Origin: a virus
Lineage: Duplodnaviria; Caudoviricetes
Virus record (IMG/VR): IMGVR_UViG_3300035703_002708
Reading direction: 5' to 3' (one strand)
DNA length: 64,000 bases
In this document: piece after piece, positions 9,740-20,140 of the stretch
How positions within the stretch are numbered: position 1 is the first letter of the stretch
How the letters are laid out: the number at the start of each line of letters is the position of its first letter
Notes under the pieces: generated by a model
Told to the model about the DNA's origin: nothing
Seen by the model: only the letters and a program-made list of their open reading frames with translations
Databases searched by the model: none
Position numbers and translations under genes: made by a program

Positions 9740-9952
9740 ATGGAAATATTCAATCAATTTGGAAGGTTCTTGGGTTCTATCATCCGTACATCGGTTTGGT
9801 TTGCCATATTCATCATAGTGTTTGCCATCTACTTCATTCTATCAAATTTTGTGGAGTTGGTAATCTTCGGTGCCACCTGTATGGGTTTTTACCTTGTATA
9901 TAAGGGGGCAAATGTTTATTTCGACTACATTAGGAAGAAATATAACTTATAA
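9740..9952 (+). CDS. small membrane protein
   Basis: Two hydrophobic helices. Confidence 0.65.
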   Translation: MEIFNQFGRFLGSIIRTSVWFAIFIIVFAIYFILSNFVELVIFGATCMGFYLVYKGANVYFDYIRKKYNL

Positions 9953-9980
9953 TGAGATATTTATTATTAAAAATTTGTTA

Positions 9981-11075
9981 ATGAAACTTTTGGATATATT
10001 GAAAGAAAGTGTTGCGAATGACCCTATTTTTGAAAAGTGGTCAGAAAAGTATAAGAAAAGTATTAATTGTAAAAATCCAAAAGGGTTCTCACAGCGTGCT
10101 CATTGTCAAGGAAGAAAGAAAAAATTACAAGAGGATGAAGAAACATCAGACGCAGAAAAAATCAATTATGTTAATGATTACTCTTTCGATAAATTACGTA
10201 AAACAGATAAATACACAACATTCATGGGTTTAGATAAGGAGTATAACCCAGACCCCAATAAAGAAATAACTCTGACTCATGGTGAAGACATATACAAATT
10301 CAGTCCTAAGGATTTGAATTTGAGTTTTTATGATAAAAAAAATGTTTTCACCCCAAATCAAAAAGTAAAAAACAGAGGGGAAAAACCGACTTTCGACTCA
10401 AGAAATTTCAAACAAGCACTTCAAACAATTTTTCCAGGAAATTGGCATTCAGATAATCAAGAATTTACACCTGGTCTGAGAGGTATTCATCCTTTTGACG
10501 AAGACGACGATTGGTCAATTTTGAATTTTTTTGATACGAACCCTCACAGGATGAGAGAATTGAATATATTATTTACCGCATCTGATGACACAGACCCGAT
10601 TCTGTGGTTAAAAAAATTTCTTAACGATAACGAAAATCCTGCGTTGAGAAATATGTTAAGAAAACAAAAAAATGCTGTAGGTCGTTCAGACAAGGTTGAA
10701 AAAGACGCAATGTCTTTGATTACCAATAACATTCAAACATTCCCAAAAGGACATAAGAAAGATAGGTACGATGCTATTGATGCAATTGACTTAAATACAA
10801 ATCTTACTTATCAAATCAAAGCGACACAAAGTGTAGAAGAAATGGTTGATGAAGATACTGCAGAAATTATTTATGTTATCAAAGGAGATAAAAGTAGATT
10901 CAAAGATTATAAGAATAAAAAAGAATTAAATAAAATATTGTACTACATACCCAAAAAAAATAAGGCTTATGTATTCGATAATGATAATTACAAAGTTATT
11001 TCTAACGATGAAGTAATACATTATGGTGTTCCTACAGAATATACAAAAAAACCTTCTGATTTGAAAAAAAAATAA
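9981..11075 (+). CDS. hypothetical protein with LKE leader and Cys-pair micro-domain
   Basis: True start is probably ATG 9981 (MKLLDILKES) after TATTTAT 9958-9964; contains EKWSEKYKKSINCKNPKGFSQRAHCQGRKKK. Confidence 0.75.
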   Translation: MKLLDILKESVANDPIFEKWSEKYKKSINCKNPKGFSQRAHCQGRKKKLQEDEETSDAEKINYVNDYSFDKLRKTDKYTTFMGLDKEYNPDPNKEITLTHGEDIYKFSPKDLNLSFYDKKNVFTPNQKVKNRGEKPTFDSRNFKQALQTIFPGNWHSDNQEFTPGLRGIHPFDEDDDWSILNFFDTNPHRMRELNILFTASDDTDPILWLKKFLNDNENPALRNMLRKQKNAVGRSDKVEKDAMSLITNNIQTFPKGHKKDRYDAIDAIDLNTNLTYQIKATQSVEEMVDEDTAEIIYVIKGDKSRFKDYKNKKELNKILYYIPKKNKAYVFDNDNYKVISNDEVIHYGVPTEYTKKPSDLKKK

Positions 11076-11123
11076 TTTCCTATGTCACAAATATTATCTA
11101 AATTTGTGACATAACAAAAATAT

Positions 11124-11351
11124 ATGTCATTACTCGAAGATTTCGCCGATTTAAGAAGCAGAATGAACCAAGAAGGTTTCCATTACTGTTTTAAACATTA
11201 TTCAAGTTTCTCAGATATAGATGACCAAGAGTTTCATAAATTACGAAAAGCGTATTTATCTGCAGCAGACAAACTCGAAAAATATATCGTTGACAAAGCC
11301 GAACAATTTTATTTAGGTGGAGATGTAGAATTTGACGACGAACAATTTTAA
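11124..11351 (+). CDS. hypothetical protein
   Basis: 75-aa ORF after TAAATTTG 11099-11106. Confidence 0.65.
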   Translation: MSLLEDFADLRSRMNQEGFHYCFKHYSSFSDIDDQEFHKLRKAYLSAADKLEKYIVDKAEQFYLGGDVEFDDEQF

Positions 11352-11419
11352 CAATCTCTTAACACATATTTCACATTTTATCAATTTACTTTTTTTGTTG
11401 AACCTCCTAAATTTGGGTC

Positions 11420-11734
11420 GTGTTAAAAAAACTATTAATTTTTTGTCTATTTTTACTATCTGCAACAGGGTTTTCACAAATTTGGAAACCTATAAAAAAC
11501 TCAATTCAGGCAGATTACTTAATTTATCAAACTAATATTAAAGAAGAAGCGGACATAATCGCTTTCGAGGTCGAATCAGAACTTGGATGTACGAAACCTG
11601 GTATGATTTACCTCGCGCCAATTTATTACTCAAGAGGTAAAAAAGTAACATTCGTTTGTCACAAAGAAGAGGCAGACCTAATAGTATATTGGACAAAAAA
11701 TAAAAACGAAGTCAAATGGAAAATAAACAAATAA
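11420..11734 (+). CDS. secreted protein, DUF6150-like repeats
   Basis: Signal peptide (LLIFCLFLLSATGFS-Q); repeated ADxxxY/EADLIVY units; TAAATTTG 11408-11415 upstream. Confidence 0.6.
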   Translation: MLKKLLIFCLFLLSATGFSQIWKPIKNSIQADYLIYQTNIKEEADIIAFEVESELGCTKPGMIYLAPIYYSRGKKVTFVCHKEEADLIVYWTKNKNEVKWKINK

Positions 11735-11744
11735 CCAATTAAAT

Positions 11745-14700
11745 ATGAAAACAATTATTAATCTTATCAAAAACAAAGTCTCGTTAGTCACGGGTCTTAT
11801 TTTGATGTCCATATTAAGTTATGGGCAAATGTCATTAACAACAACGGGGGTTGCTGTAACACAAAATTTTAACTCAATAGGAAATACCGCTACCGCTAGT
11901 TTACCATCGGGATTTAGACTTGGACAAAACGTGGCTTATTCATCAGGTGTTTCCAATACTACAGCCGCGGCAGGAACCTCAGGTGCTGGTATAATTGCAA
12001 CAACTGGTGGGTATTACAATTTTGGAGATGGTGTCAATTCATCATCAACTGATAGGTCTGTCGGAGTTCTTACTTCTAGTGGATTTATTTCCCCAAGAGA
12101 TTTGATGTTACAAATTCAGAACAACACTGGTGGAATCGTTACTGATTTGGCTTTAACCTTTAAATACGAAAAATATAGGTCAGGTACGAGAATGTTTGAC
12201 ATCAAGTTTTTTGTTGGAACCGACGGTTCAACTTGGACACCACTAACTTCTGGTGACCAAAACTATCCTGCTGACGCTAATAACACGACAGTTTCCAATC
12301 CGCCAACTTCGATAACTAAAAACATCAATGTGACAGGTTTGAACATCACAAATGGAGGTTTTTATTACTTGAAATGGTCTATTATTGGTAATGGTGGTTC
12401 ATCAAATGGACAAGCTTTAGGTCTTGATGATATTTCAGTGACACCAACAACACCACAACCATCAATATCTATTTCATCAATACCTAATTTCTCAACTATC
12501 GGTGGAGTTACCGCACCTATTCAATCATACACAGTATCTGGTGCAAACCTCATTCAAAATCTTACAATACAACCATTCAATTCTAATTTTGAAATCTCGA
12601 CAGACGGAGTAAATTTTAGTGCCGGTGCAATTTTATTAACCCAATCAGGAGGAGTTGTTAATCCAACCACGATTTATGTAAAAATGGTTCCAACCACTGT
12701 AGGAACATTTACAGGTTCTATTTCACATAGTTCAAGTGGTGCAACATTACAGACACAAAATTTAACTGGTACTGTTGTTCCATCAACTTGGTATTCTGTT
12801 GCTTCAGGAAATATTAATGGTGCCGCAGTTTGGTCATCAACACCAACAGGAAGTCCTGACCCAATTGCTTATTCTAAATTCAGAACAGATGTAAGTTTGA
12901 TTATTCAAAACGGACACACAATCGCACTTCCCTCATCATTGGGTGCTACAAACGTAAAAGATTTGACAATAAATTCAGGTGGTAAGTTATGGAGAAATTC
13001 ATCATCAACCGCTAATATGGTCTATTTAAATGTTTATGGAAATATCGTAAATAACGGAGAGATTGGTAATGGAACTACTTTTGATGCTTGTGGATTCAAC
13101 ATCGAAGGAAATTGTTCGGTCCAAGGAACAGGTATTTTCAATTTAGGTCGTGTAAGAAAAAACACAACTTCACCAATATCTTCACTAACAATCCAAACTG
13201 ACTCAGTTAATGTTAGATTCCCTGGTCTTGCACTTTATAATGCTGTAGACAACACATCACTTACCGTTACAGTTCCAACAGGAAAAAAACTTTTACTTCC
13301 TCAAGGAGAGTTTTCTTTGACCTCAACAAACGGTACTGGTAATAATTCTAATATGATTGTTTCTGTTAACGGAACCTTCACCGCACTTGGTTCAGGAACA
13401 TCATATATCATCAATTTATCTACCCTATCAATACCATCGGCACCTGTTGATAACACAAACCCTTGTTCATTTACTATGAATATCGGCTCAAAAGTTAGTA
13501 TCAGAAACTTGGATATTAGACAAACTACAGTATCTAATTTAAATATCAATGGGGGTAACTTATCTGTATTCGGAACTATGCGAGTTTTTGCGGGTTCAGT
13601 TTCAACCAACAATTGTTTAACAATAGAAAATGGTGGTAACTTACTTTCGGGTACAGGTTTTACATACCCATACGTACCTTCAGGTGGTGTTGTTACAGGA
13701 AATGTTAAAGTTAGAAAAACAGGTAATACAGGTTTTGGTGAATATAACTTTTGGTCATCACCAATTACAAATGCAACTTTAAATACCATAACTCAAAATG
13801 GTTCTTTAGCAGGTTCTCCTTTGAACACTTATGAGTATAATCCAACTTTAGTTACAACAGAAATTCAAGACGGATGGGTAAATGTTTCTCCATCATCAAC
13901 TATGTCAGTTGGTAAAGGTTATATCACAACAGGGGCGGGTTCTGTCGTATTTAATGGACCTGTAAATGATGGCACGGTAAATGCTCCAACACAGCAAGGA
14001 ATTGGAACCAACTTTAATTTGGTTGGTAACCCATATCCATCATCATTAACATCATCTACTTTTTTGACAACAAATGGTATTTCTGCTCTTTATCTTTGGG
14101 ACGACGACGCATCCAATGGAGTTGATTATCAAAGTGGAGACTATATTGTTGTTGGAACTCTAGGTGTCGTATCAGGAAGTCAATCAACACCATCACCAAC
14201 AATTAACTCAATTTCACCTTGTCAGGGATTTTTCGTTCAAACAAACTCATCATCTGTTACCTTTAATAACACTATGAGAAGTTCAGGAACTTCTACATTC
14301 TTCGAGGAAGACCCAATTCAAAGATTTTGGTTAAATGCAGTTTCACCTTCACAAGATTACAAAGAAACTCTAATAGCATTTAAAGAAGACGCAACCTTCA
14401 ATAAAGATACTGCTTATGACGCTGAGGTGTTCGGTTCTATCCCTAATCCACAATTTGATTTTTGGTCAAAGTCTCAGGATGATTTTAATTTGACAATTCA
14501 AGCAATTCCAAACACAGGATTCGATATGGAAATTCCACTCGGTTTCAATTCACAAGAACTCGGTGAACACGTAATTTCTTTGGGTAATGTAGAAAATTTG
14601 GATGGAACAACTTTGTTTATTTTGGAAGATAAAACATTAAACCTATTTCATTCATTAAGACAATCTCCATACATTTTCTCTATCACTCAACCTGAATTGG

Positions 14701-15422
14701 GTGACGATAGATTTGTTTTACATATCAAAAAACCTGTGAGTGTTAATGGTGGTTTAACAAATTGTATCGGAACAGGTGGAGATATTGTAATAGATGGTTC
14801 AAGTGATTGGACATACCTTGTAAATGACCAAGTTGGACAACTTAATGACACTTTGGTCACTACTATAGAAAATTTGGCAGCGGGTGATTATTTAGTATAT
14901 CTTTACCACGGCTCATATGTTATAACAAAATCAGTTACAATTGGAAGTTCAACACCAGTAAGTATTAATATTAATAACTTCATTTCACCTTTAGTGGTGG
15001 GAGAACCTTTTACACTCTCATTCGAAGTGGAAGGGGCGTTTAATCCACAGATTTGGTACGGTGATGAATCAGATATAACTGAATCACCTATCCATACTTA
15101 TAATGAACCAGGTGTTTATGTTATTACAATAATCGCTTCAAACGACTACTGCTCAGGTATCGGACAAATCGAAGTTTCCGTAATTGGTCAGACAACATCA
15201 ATTGACAATCCAACATTTAATTACGATTTTTATCCAAACCCCGCTAATCACATCATCAATTTCAAATCATACCAACAAAAAACAATCGTTGTATATAATT
15301 CAGTTGGTCAAGTGGTAAAAAATGAATTGGTTACAAATCAGTTATCATTAGAAGATTTGAATGAAGGTGTGTATATTTTATTAGTGGATGGAAAGACACA
15401 CAAATTAATCGTAAATAAATGA
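11745..15422 (+). CDS. large secreted beta-rich protein with PKD-like domain and T9SS type A C-terminal sorting domain
   Basis: Signal peptide (SYG-Q); S/T/G/N-rich beta domains; C-terminal YPNPA...VYNSVGQVV...LNEGVYILLV..THKLIVNK. Confidence 0.9.
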   Translation: MKTIINLIKNKVSLVTGLILMSILSYGQMSLTTTGVAVTQNFNSIGNTATASLPSGFRLGQNVAYSSGVSNTTAAAGTSGAGIIATTGGYYNFGDGVNSSSTDRSVGVLTSSGFISPRDLMLQIQNNTGGIVTDLALTFKYEKYRSGTRMFDIKFFVGTDGSTWTPLTSGDQNYPADANNTTVSNPPTSITKNINVTGLNITNGGFYYLKWSIIGNGGSSNGQALGLDDISVTPTTPQPSISISSIPNFSTIGGVTAPIQSYTVSGANLIQNLTIQPFNSNFEISTDGVNFSAGAILLTQSGGVVNPTTIYVKMVPTTVGTFTGSISHSSSGATLQTQNLTGTVVPSTWYSVASGNINGAAVWSSTPTGSPDPIAYSKFRTDVSLIIQNGHTIALPSSLGATNVKDLTINSGGKLWRNSSSTANMVYLNVYGNIVNNGEIGNGTTFDACGFNIEGNCSVQGTGIFNLGRVRKNTTSPISSLTIQTDSVNVRFPGLALYNAVDNTSLTVTVPTGKKLLLPQGEFSLTSTNGTGNNSNMIVSVNGTFTALGSGTSYIINLSTLSIPSAPVDNTNPCSFTMNIGSKVSIRNLDIRQTTVSNLNINGGNLSVFGTMRVFAGSVSTNNCLTIENGGNLLSGTGFTYPYVPSGGVVTGNVKVRKTGNTGFGEYNFWSSPITNATLNTITQNGSLAGSPLNTYEYNPTLVTTEIQDGWVNVSPSSTMSVGKGYITTGAGSVVFNGPVNDGTVNAPTQQGIGTNFNLVGNPYPSSLTSSTFLTTNGISALYLWDDDASNGVDYQSGDYIVVGTLGVVSGSQSTPSPTINSISPCQGFFVQTNSSSVTFNNTMRSSGTSTFFEEDPIQRFWLNAVSPSQDYKETLIAFKEDATFNKDTAYDAEVFGSIPNPQFDFWSKSQDDFNLTIQAIPNTGFDMEIPLGFNSQELGEHVISLGNVENLDGTTLFILEDKTLNLFHSLRQSPYIFSITQPELGDDRFVLHIKKPVSVNGGLTNCIGTGGDIVIDGSSDWTYLVNDQVGQLNDTLVTTIENLAAGDYLVYLYHGSYVITKSVTIGSSTPVSININNFISPLVVGEPFTLSFEVEGAFNPQIWYGDESDITESPIHTYNEPGVYVITIIASNDYCSGIGQIEVSVIGQTTSIDNPTFNYDFYPNPANHIINFKSYQQKTIVVYNSVGQVVKNELVTNQLSLEDLNEGVYILLVDGKTHKLIVNK

Positions 15423-15802
15423 AAAAAATCCTTTTAAGTGTTTTAATAACACTATGTTCTTTAATTTCTTATTCTCAAAATGTTTTTCAAAAGGCTTATG
15501 ACGCATCAATCGGAACAAGAGAAGATGCTAATAGTCCTGTTGAATGGTATGTAAAAAATAAAGAAGTTGATATTCTGATTTGTTATGAAAATGACAAAGT
15601 TAAGATTTTTGCTGATGAAACAAAAACCTACCGCTCAATCAAAGTTGTAGAAGATAATGAAGATTATACAAATTGGTTGATGGTTGATGATAAGGGACTG
15701 AAATGTTTTTTATCTGTTGGAGTTCATAAAGAGACAAAGTTATCTTATTTGAAGATAGAATATGTTGACACTGTGGTTCTGTATTTTACTAAACCAAACT
15801 AA
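15419..15802 (+). CDS. secreted protein
   Basis: MKKILLSVLITLCSLISYS-Q signal; ATGA overlap with the T9SS gene. Confidence 0.7.
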   Translation: MKKILLSVLITLCSLISYSQNVFQKAYDASIGTREDANSPVEWYVKNKEVDILICYENDKVKIFADETKTYRSIKVVEDNEDYTNWLMVDDKGLKCFLSVGVHKETKLSYLKIEYVDTVVLYFTKPN

Positions 15803-15847
15803 TTTTCGGGTCTGTGTGGTATTTATCTACACAGACCTTTTTTATAA

Positions 15848-16581
15848 ATGAAAACAGGATATCGTATTGCGGACTTAGTCCAAAGAATTATTGACAAGAA
15901 AAAAGAAAAATACCAATTTATAAAAAAAATTGAGATTTTATACAGAGAGAACATAGACACATATATGATTTATATATCGGTTAATAGGACCGATTTATTA
16001 GAAGAATATGAAAAGTTTTTATCTGACACGCCAACTGGATATTGGTATCACAAATTCAAAAACATCATAAAACATTCCCTTTCTGAACCGACTAATAATT
16101 ATTATGGCATACTCACTTTTGCGGATGTTGATGAAATAGATGAAATTCGCGGACATATAACCAAAATATTCCAAATGAGTGAAGTCCCTGAGGCGTATTT
16201 AGATTTTAGAGTAATATTAGAAGAATGAAAAGTTACGGAATTAATATAGAATTATTAAAAAAACTTATTGATAAATTAATAATCAGTAAGACAGAATTGT
16301 TTCAAGGATATGAAATCAATATGGATGATAATGGAAAAAAAATTTTCATATTCATGACATTTTATTTTGACAATAGAAAATTAGCATCTTTTGAAGATGA
16401 ATACTACGAAAACCTCACTCAACAATACGGAGATTTGGATAATGTACCTGAAGAAGAATATAGGTATTGCGATGATTATATTAGAACTGAAATGTTATAT
16501 GCACCGATACATAGATTACTTTTTTCAGTTATGGGATATGACAAAACTAAATACAGATTGAATATTGAAACTGTAGAATAA
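15848..16581 (+). CDS. two hypothetical proteins (15848-16228, 16225-16581), dispersed paralog family
   Basis: Overlapping ORFs after TATTTAT 15820-15826. Confidence 0.65.
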
Positions 16582-16603
16582 TTAGTTATATTTGTATTCA
16601 CAA

Positions 16604-17655
16604 ATGAGAGAAATAGATAACTTAATTGTTTTAGACAAATCACAAATAAAAAAACGTATTGAAAGTTTGAAAGTTCTTAGAAAAAAGGCGGTGGAAGAAC
16701 AAACTTTTGAAATTGCTCAGTGGATTGATGGTAAAATTGAATCTCTGAAATCTATATTGACTGATTGTGAGAGTTTGGAGACTTTTGTAACGGAATCATT
16801 TGATAAGGGGTGGGAATTATGTAGTCAATTAAATGTTAATTACAGTCAATCTTTGAACGAACATTTAGAACAAATCACATTAAAACAAACACATGACGAC
16901 TAAAGGTAAATTACATAAAGTTGATGAAAATTGGATGGTCAGATTGATTGAAGATAAAATGTCTGATTGTAAATTACATCCAAAGAATATAAATTTTGTT
17001 GAATCATTACTAACAGAAAACAAAATTAAAGAAGGTCAAGAACTAAATTTTCACGTAGGAATTGATTGTCTAAAAGATTGTATGGGTTTATGTGGCGAAT
17101 GTGATGGTATGCAAAAATACGCAACTTTAAGTGAATTAGATTATAAGTAATATGAAAGGTAAATTACATAAAAAAGGTGACCATTGGGTGATTAGATATA
17201 AAATGGAGGATGACCTAATCGCAACCGATGGCGGAGAATTGTCATTACACCCTGAAGATACCGATGAAATGTTGTTTTGTTTTCAAGGAAGGGAAGTTGA
17301 TTTTGAGATAGTTCCACATATGCATGACACATTTGTTGCTAAGGTTATTTATGGTGAGCCAAAAGTAAGTGATGACTTCCAAATAGGTCCTGATGGGGCT
17401 TACGAAAACGTAGATGAGTGGGACCCCGATTATGTGGATGGTCAAAACGAAGATACTTGGTTTGATGAATTAGACCTACCACCAAATTGGAAAAAACACC
17501 TAAAGAAATTCAACTTGTCTCCTGAAGTATTAAATGTTATATGTAGATTACATTATGGTGAGACAATCGCCTTGAAACAATCTATGGAAGACCAACTTAA
17601 TTGGATTCAGAAATACCACAGACTAAAAAAAGACATAAAAAATTTGTTGGATTAG
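16604..17655 (+). CDS. three hypothetical proteins (16604-16903, 16893-17150, 17152-17655); the last two share a KGKLHK N-terminus
   Basis: TATATTTG 16587-16594 promoter; coupled ORFs. Confidence 0.65.
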
Positions 17656-17688
17656 AAACTTTTCCGTAGTTTTGTAAAAAATCAAACT

Positions 17689-17907
17689 ATGGAAATCAAG
17701 ATTTGCTCAACCTGTCAAGGTCAAGGATTAGTAGTTGTTAAAGACCGCATCAATCTAGCCGACGAAATTAATTGTGATAAGTGTAATGGAACAGGACGTG
17801 TTATGGTAAGAACATTCACGGTTGAGGTTCCTTTTGGGTTCAATAAGTCAAAACTTACAACTGCCTGTGATACAATATTCAAAACTATTTTAGATTTGAG
17901 AAAATGA
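17689..17907 (+). CDS. DnaJ-type zinc-finger protein
   Basis: CSTCQGQG and CDKCNGTG; promoter TTTG-N20-TAGTTTTG at 17643-17674. Confidence 0.75.
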   Translation: MEIKICSTCQGQGLVVVKDRINLADEINCDKCNGTGRVMVRTFTVEVPFGFNKSKLTTACDTIFKTILDLRK

Positions 17908-19175
17908 TTTCTGAAAAGTTAAAAAACATACCAAAATTTGCGGGTTGCTACTTATTCAAGGACGATAAGGAGCAGGTTATCTATGTTGGTATGTCAAAAT
18001 ACTTACCAAAAAGAGTATCATCTTATTTTCAAAAGAAACACTCTGATTTCAAAACCAAACAATTGGTTGAAAATGCAAGAGATGTGGATTTTATGATTAC
18101 ATCTTCCGAGTCTGAGGCTTTATTGATGGAGGAAGAACTTATCAAATTATACAGACCAAAGTTCAATATCAAAGGTAAGGATGATAAGTCACGTAAGTGG
18201 TCCATTTGTTTCAGTGAAGAACCATTTCCTAAGTTGGAAGTGGTGAGAAACAAAGAAGATGATAGACCAAGTTTAGATTTTACAAATGGTCTTATCTGTT
18301 ATGAAATCTACGACCTTATTCACGATGCGTTTGAATTACGTAGTTGTTCTTATGAACTGACCGATGAGAATATTGAGAGTCAAAAGTTCAAAGCCTGTTT
18401 GGAGTATCAGATGAAAAGATGTCTTGCTCCTTGTTTGGGTCTTGCAACCAAGTTTCAGTATTTGAATCGTATTGAGCAAGTCAAAAGAATATTTGAGTTG
18501 AACTTCGAGAAAGTGAAATCGGACATCAAACGAGTTATGAAGTATCACTCTGGTAAATTGGAGTTCGAACTTGCACAAACACAACTACACAAACTAAAAG
18601 TTGTTGAAGAACTTGAACAAAAGTTGGAGGTTGTCAGATTGAGAAAATACAATAAGAAAGCCTTTGAAATCAAACGAGAACTAAACCTTGACAGATTACC
18701 TTTAATTATCGAGGCTTTTGACAACTCACACAATCAGGGAGATTCAAATGTTGCAGCTTCCGTAAGGTTTGTAAATGACAGACCAAACAAGAGTGACTAC
18801 CGTAAATACATTATCAAATCTTTTGAAGGTGTCAATGACTACGCTTCATTTGAAGAGGTCCTTACTCGTAGGTTCACTCGTATGTTGAAAGAAAAAACGC
18901 AGTTACCACACCTTGTTGTTATTGATGGAGGTAAAGGTCAGTTAAATGTTGCTATCAAAGTATTCGATGCTCTCAAACTACACGACAAGATTGATTTGAT
19001 TTCTATCTCCAAAGACGGTAATCACAAGTCATCACAGGTTCACACAAGAGACGGTAAGTCATTTGGTATTATGTCAAATCCAAACTTTGTTTTGTTGTCA
19101 AAAGTTCAAGAGGAAGTCCACAGATTTGCTATCAAGTTTCACCGAGATAAACAATCCAAAAAGTTGATATCGTAA
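17904..19175 (+). CDS. uvrC: UvrC-like excinuclease (GIY-YIG, Cys cluster, RNase H-like; no C-terminal HhH)
   Basis: GCYLFKD...IYVG, EALLMEEELIKLYRPKFN, IEAFDNSH, YRKY, LVVIDGGKGQL, ISISK, EEVHRFAI. Confidence 0.92.
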   Translation: MISEKLKNIPKFAGCYLFKDDKEQVIYVGMSKYLPKRVSSYFQKKHSDFKTKQLVENARDVDFMITSSESEALLMEEELIKLYRPKFNIKGKDDKSRKWSICFSEEPFPKLEVVRNKEDDRPSLDFTNGLICYEIYDLIHDAFELRSCSYELTDENIESQKFKACLEYQMKRCLAPCLGLATKFQYLNRIEQVKRIFELNFEKVKSDIKRVMKYHSGKLEFELAQTQLHKLKVVEELEQKLEVVRLRKYNKKAFEIKRELNLDRLPLIIEAFDNSHNQGDSNVAASVRFVNDRPNKSDYRKYIIKSFEGVNDYASFEEVLTRRFTRMLKEKTQLPHLVVIDGGKGQLNVAIKVFDALKLHDKIDLISISKDGNHKSSQVHTRDGKSFGIMSNPNFVLLSKVQEEVHRFAIKFHRDKQSKKLIS

Positions 19176-19228
19176 TTGATATTCGGTTCAATTTTTATTA
19201 TAGTTTTAACACACTAAAATGATAGATT

Positions 19229-19616
19229 ATGGAAAACGAACTACAAATTACGACAAACGAGAAAAATGATGTTATCATCACAAACCCCAACCGAAGATTG
19301 GTTTTAGAAAACGAAATGGGGGAACAAATTAAAATTAAAATAAAAGAAGGAAAGTTTGAGATTAAATTCCAAGACAAGAAAATTGTGATTTCAAATGGGT
19401 CATTCGAATTGAAAAACAAATCACTTCAAAAACATACTTATTGGATTTAATTATTGTTTTACCAAATATTATAATCAGTGTATTTATAGTATTATGGGAA
19501 AAACAAGAAAACCACTCAAACCGAAAGGTAACAGAAGCAACATAGTAAGAAACACCAAAAGGATTCAAAAAAACGAACAGGTGTTATCCGAACTGAAAAA
19601 AAAGTTATCCAAGTAG
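19229..19616 (+). CDS. two small hypothetical proteins (19229-19450; basic 40-aa ORF 19494-19616)
   Basis: The second ORF MGKTRKPLKPKG... follows TATTTAT 19481-19487 and precedes a terminator. Confidence 0.55.
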
Positions 19617-19618
19617 TT

Positions 19619-19646
19619 AAAACCCTCCATTTAGTGAGGGTTTTTT
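19619..19646 (+). terminator. intrinsic terminator
   Basis: AAAACCCTC-CATTTAGT-GAGGGTTTTTT. Confidence 0.7.
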
Positions 19647-19680
19647 GTTGCCAATTGTCAAAAATAGAATATTTATTGGG

Positions 19681-20136
19681 ATGAACCTGAAGGAATCAAT
19701 TAAGAGAATACTGAAAGAGGAAAATAATATCCTCAAGTTAAGTTCATATTTGGAAGTAGAGCCTTTTTATAAATTACCATATAAGTATAAAAAATCATTA
19801 ATGATATTCAGAAATGAAGGTGTAGTAAATGATGAAGATATAAAGGAATTAATTACTGATGAATTAAAAACTAAGTTTAAATATAAATCATTTTATATTG
19901 GGGACGTTCCGATGGATTTAATAAAAGAAGAGGTCACCAAAAGATTGGATTGGGATAATTTTGAGGATTACCATAAATGGTATGGCGACAAAAAAACAGA
20001 CCACGGTGACTCCATACTTCCAATAATTATAGATTTTGATGACGAGGAATTTATTATAGATGGTTGGCACAGATTTCATTCGTATGTCAGAAAAGGATTA
20101 AATAAAATACCTGTTTTAGGAATATACAGAGATTAA
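19681..20136 (+). CDS. ParB/Srx N-terminal-like domain protein with LKESIKRILKEE leader
   Basis: PIIID...IIDGWHRFHSY...KIPV; ATG 19681 follows TATTTAT 19670-19676. Confidence 0.75.
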   Translation: MNLKESIKRILKEENNILKLSSYLEVEPFYKLPYKYKKSLMIFRNEGVVNDEDIKELITDELKTKFKYKSFYIGDVPMDLIKEEVTKRLDWDNFEDYHKWYGDKKTDHGDSILPIIIDFDDEEFIIDGWHRFHSYVRKGLNKIPVLGIYRD

Positions 20137-20140
20137 AATT

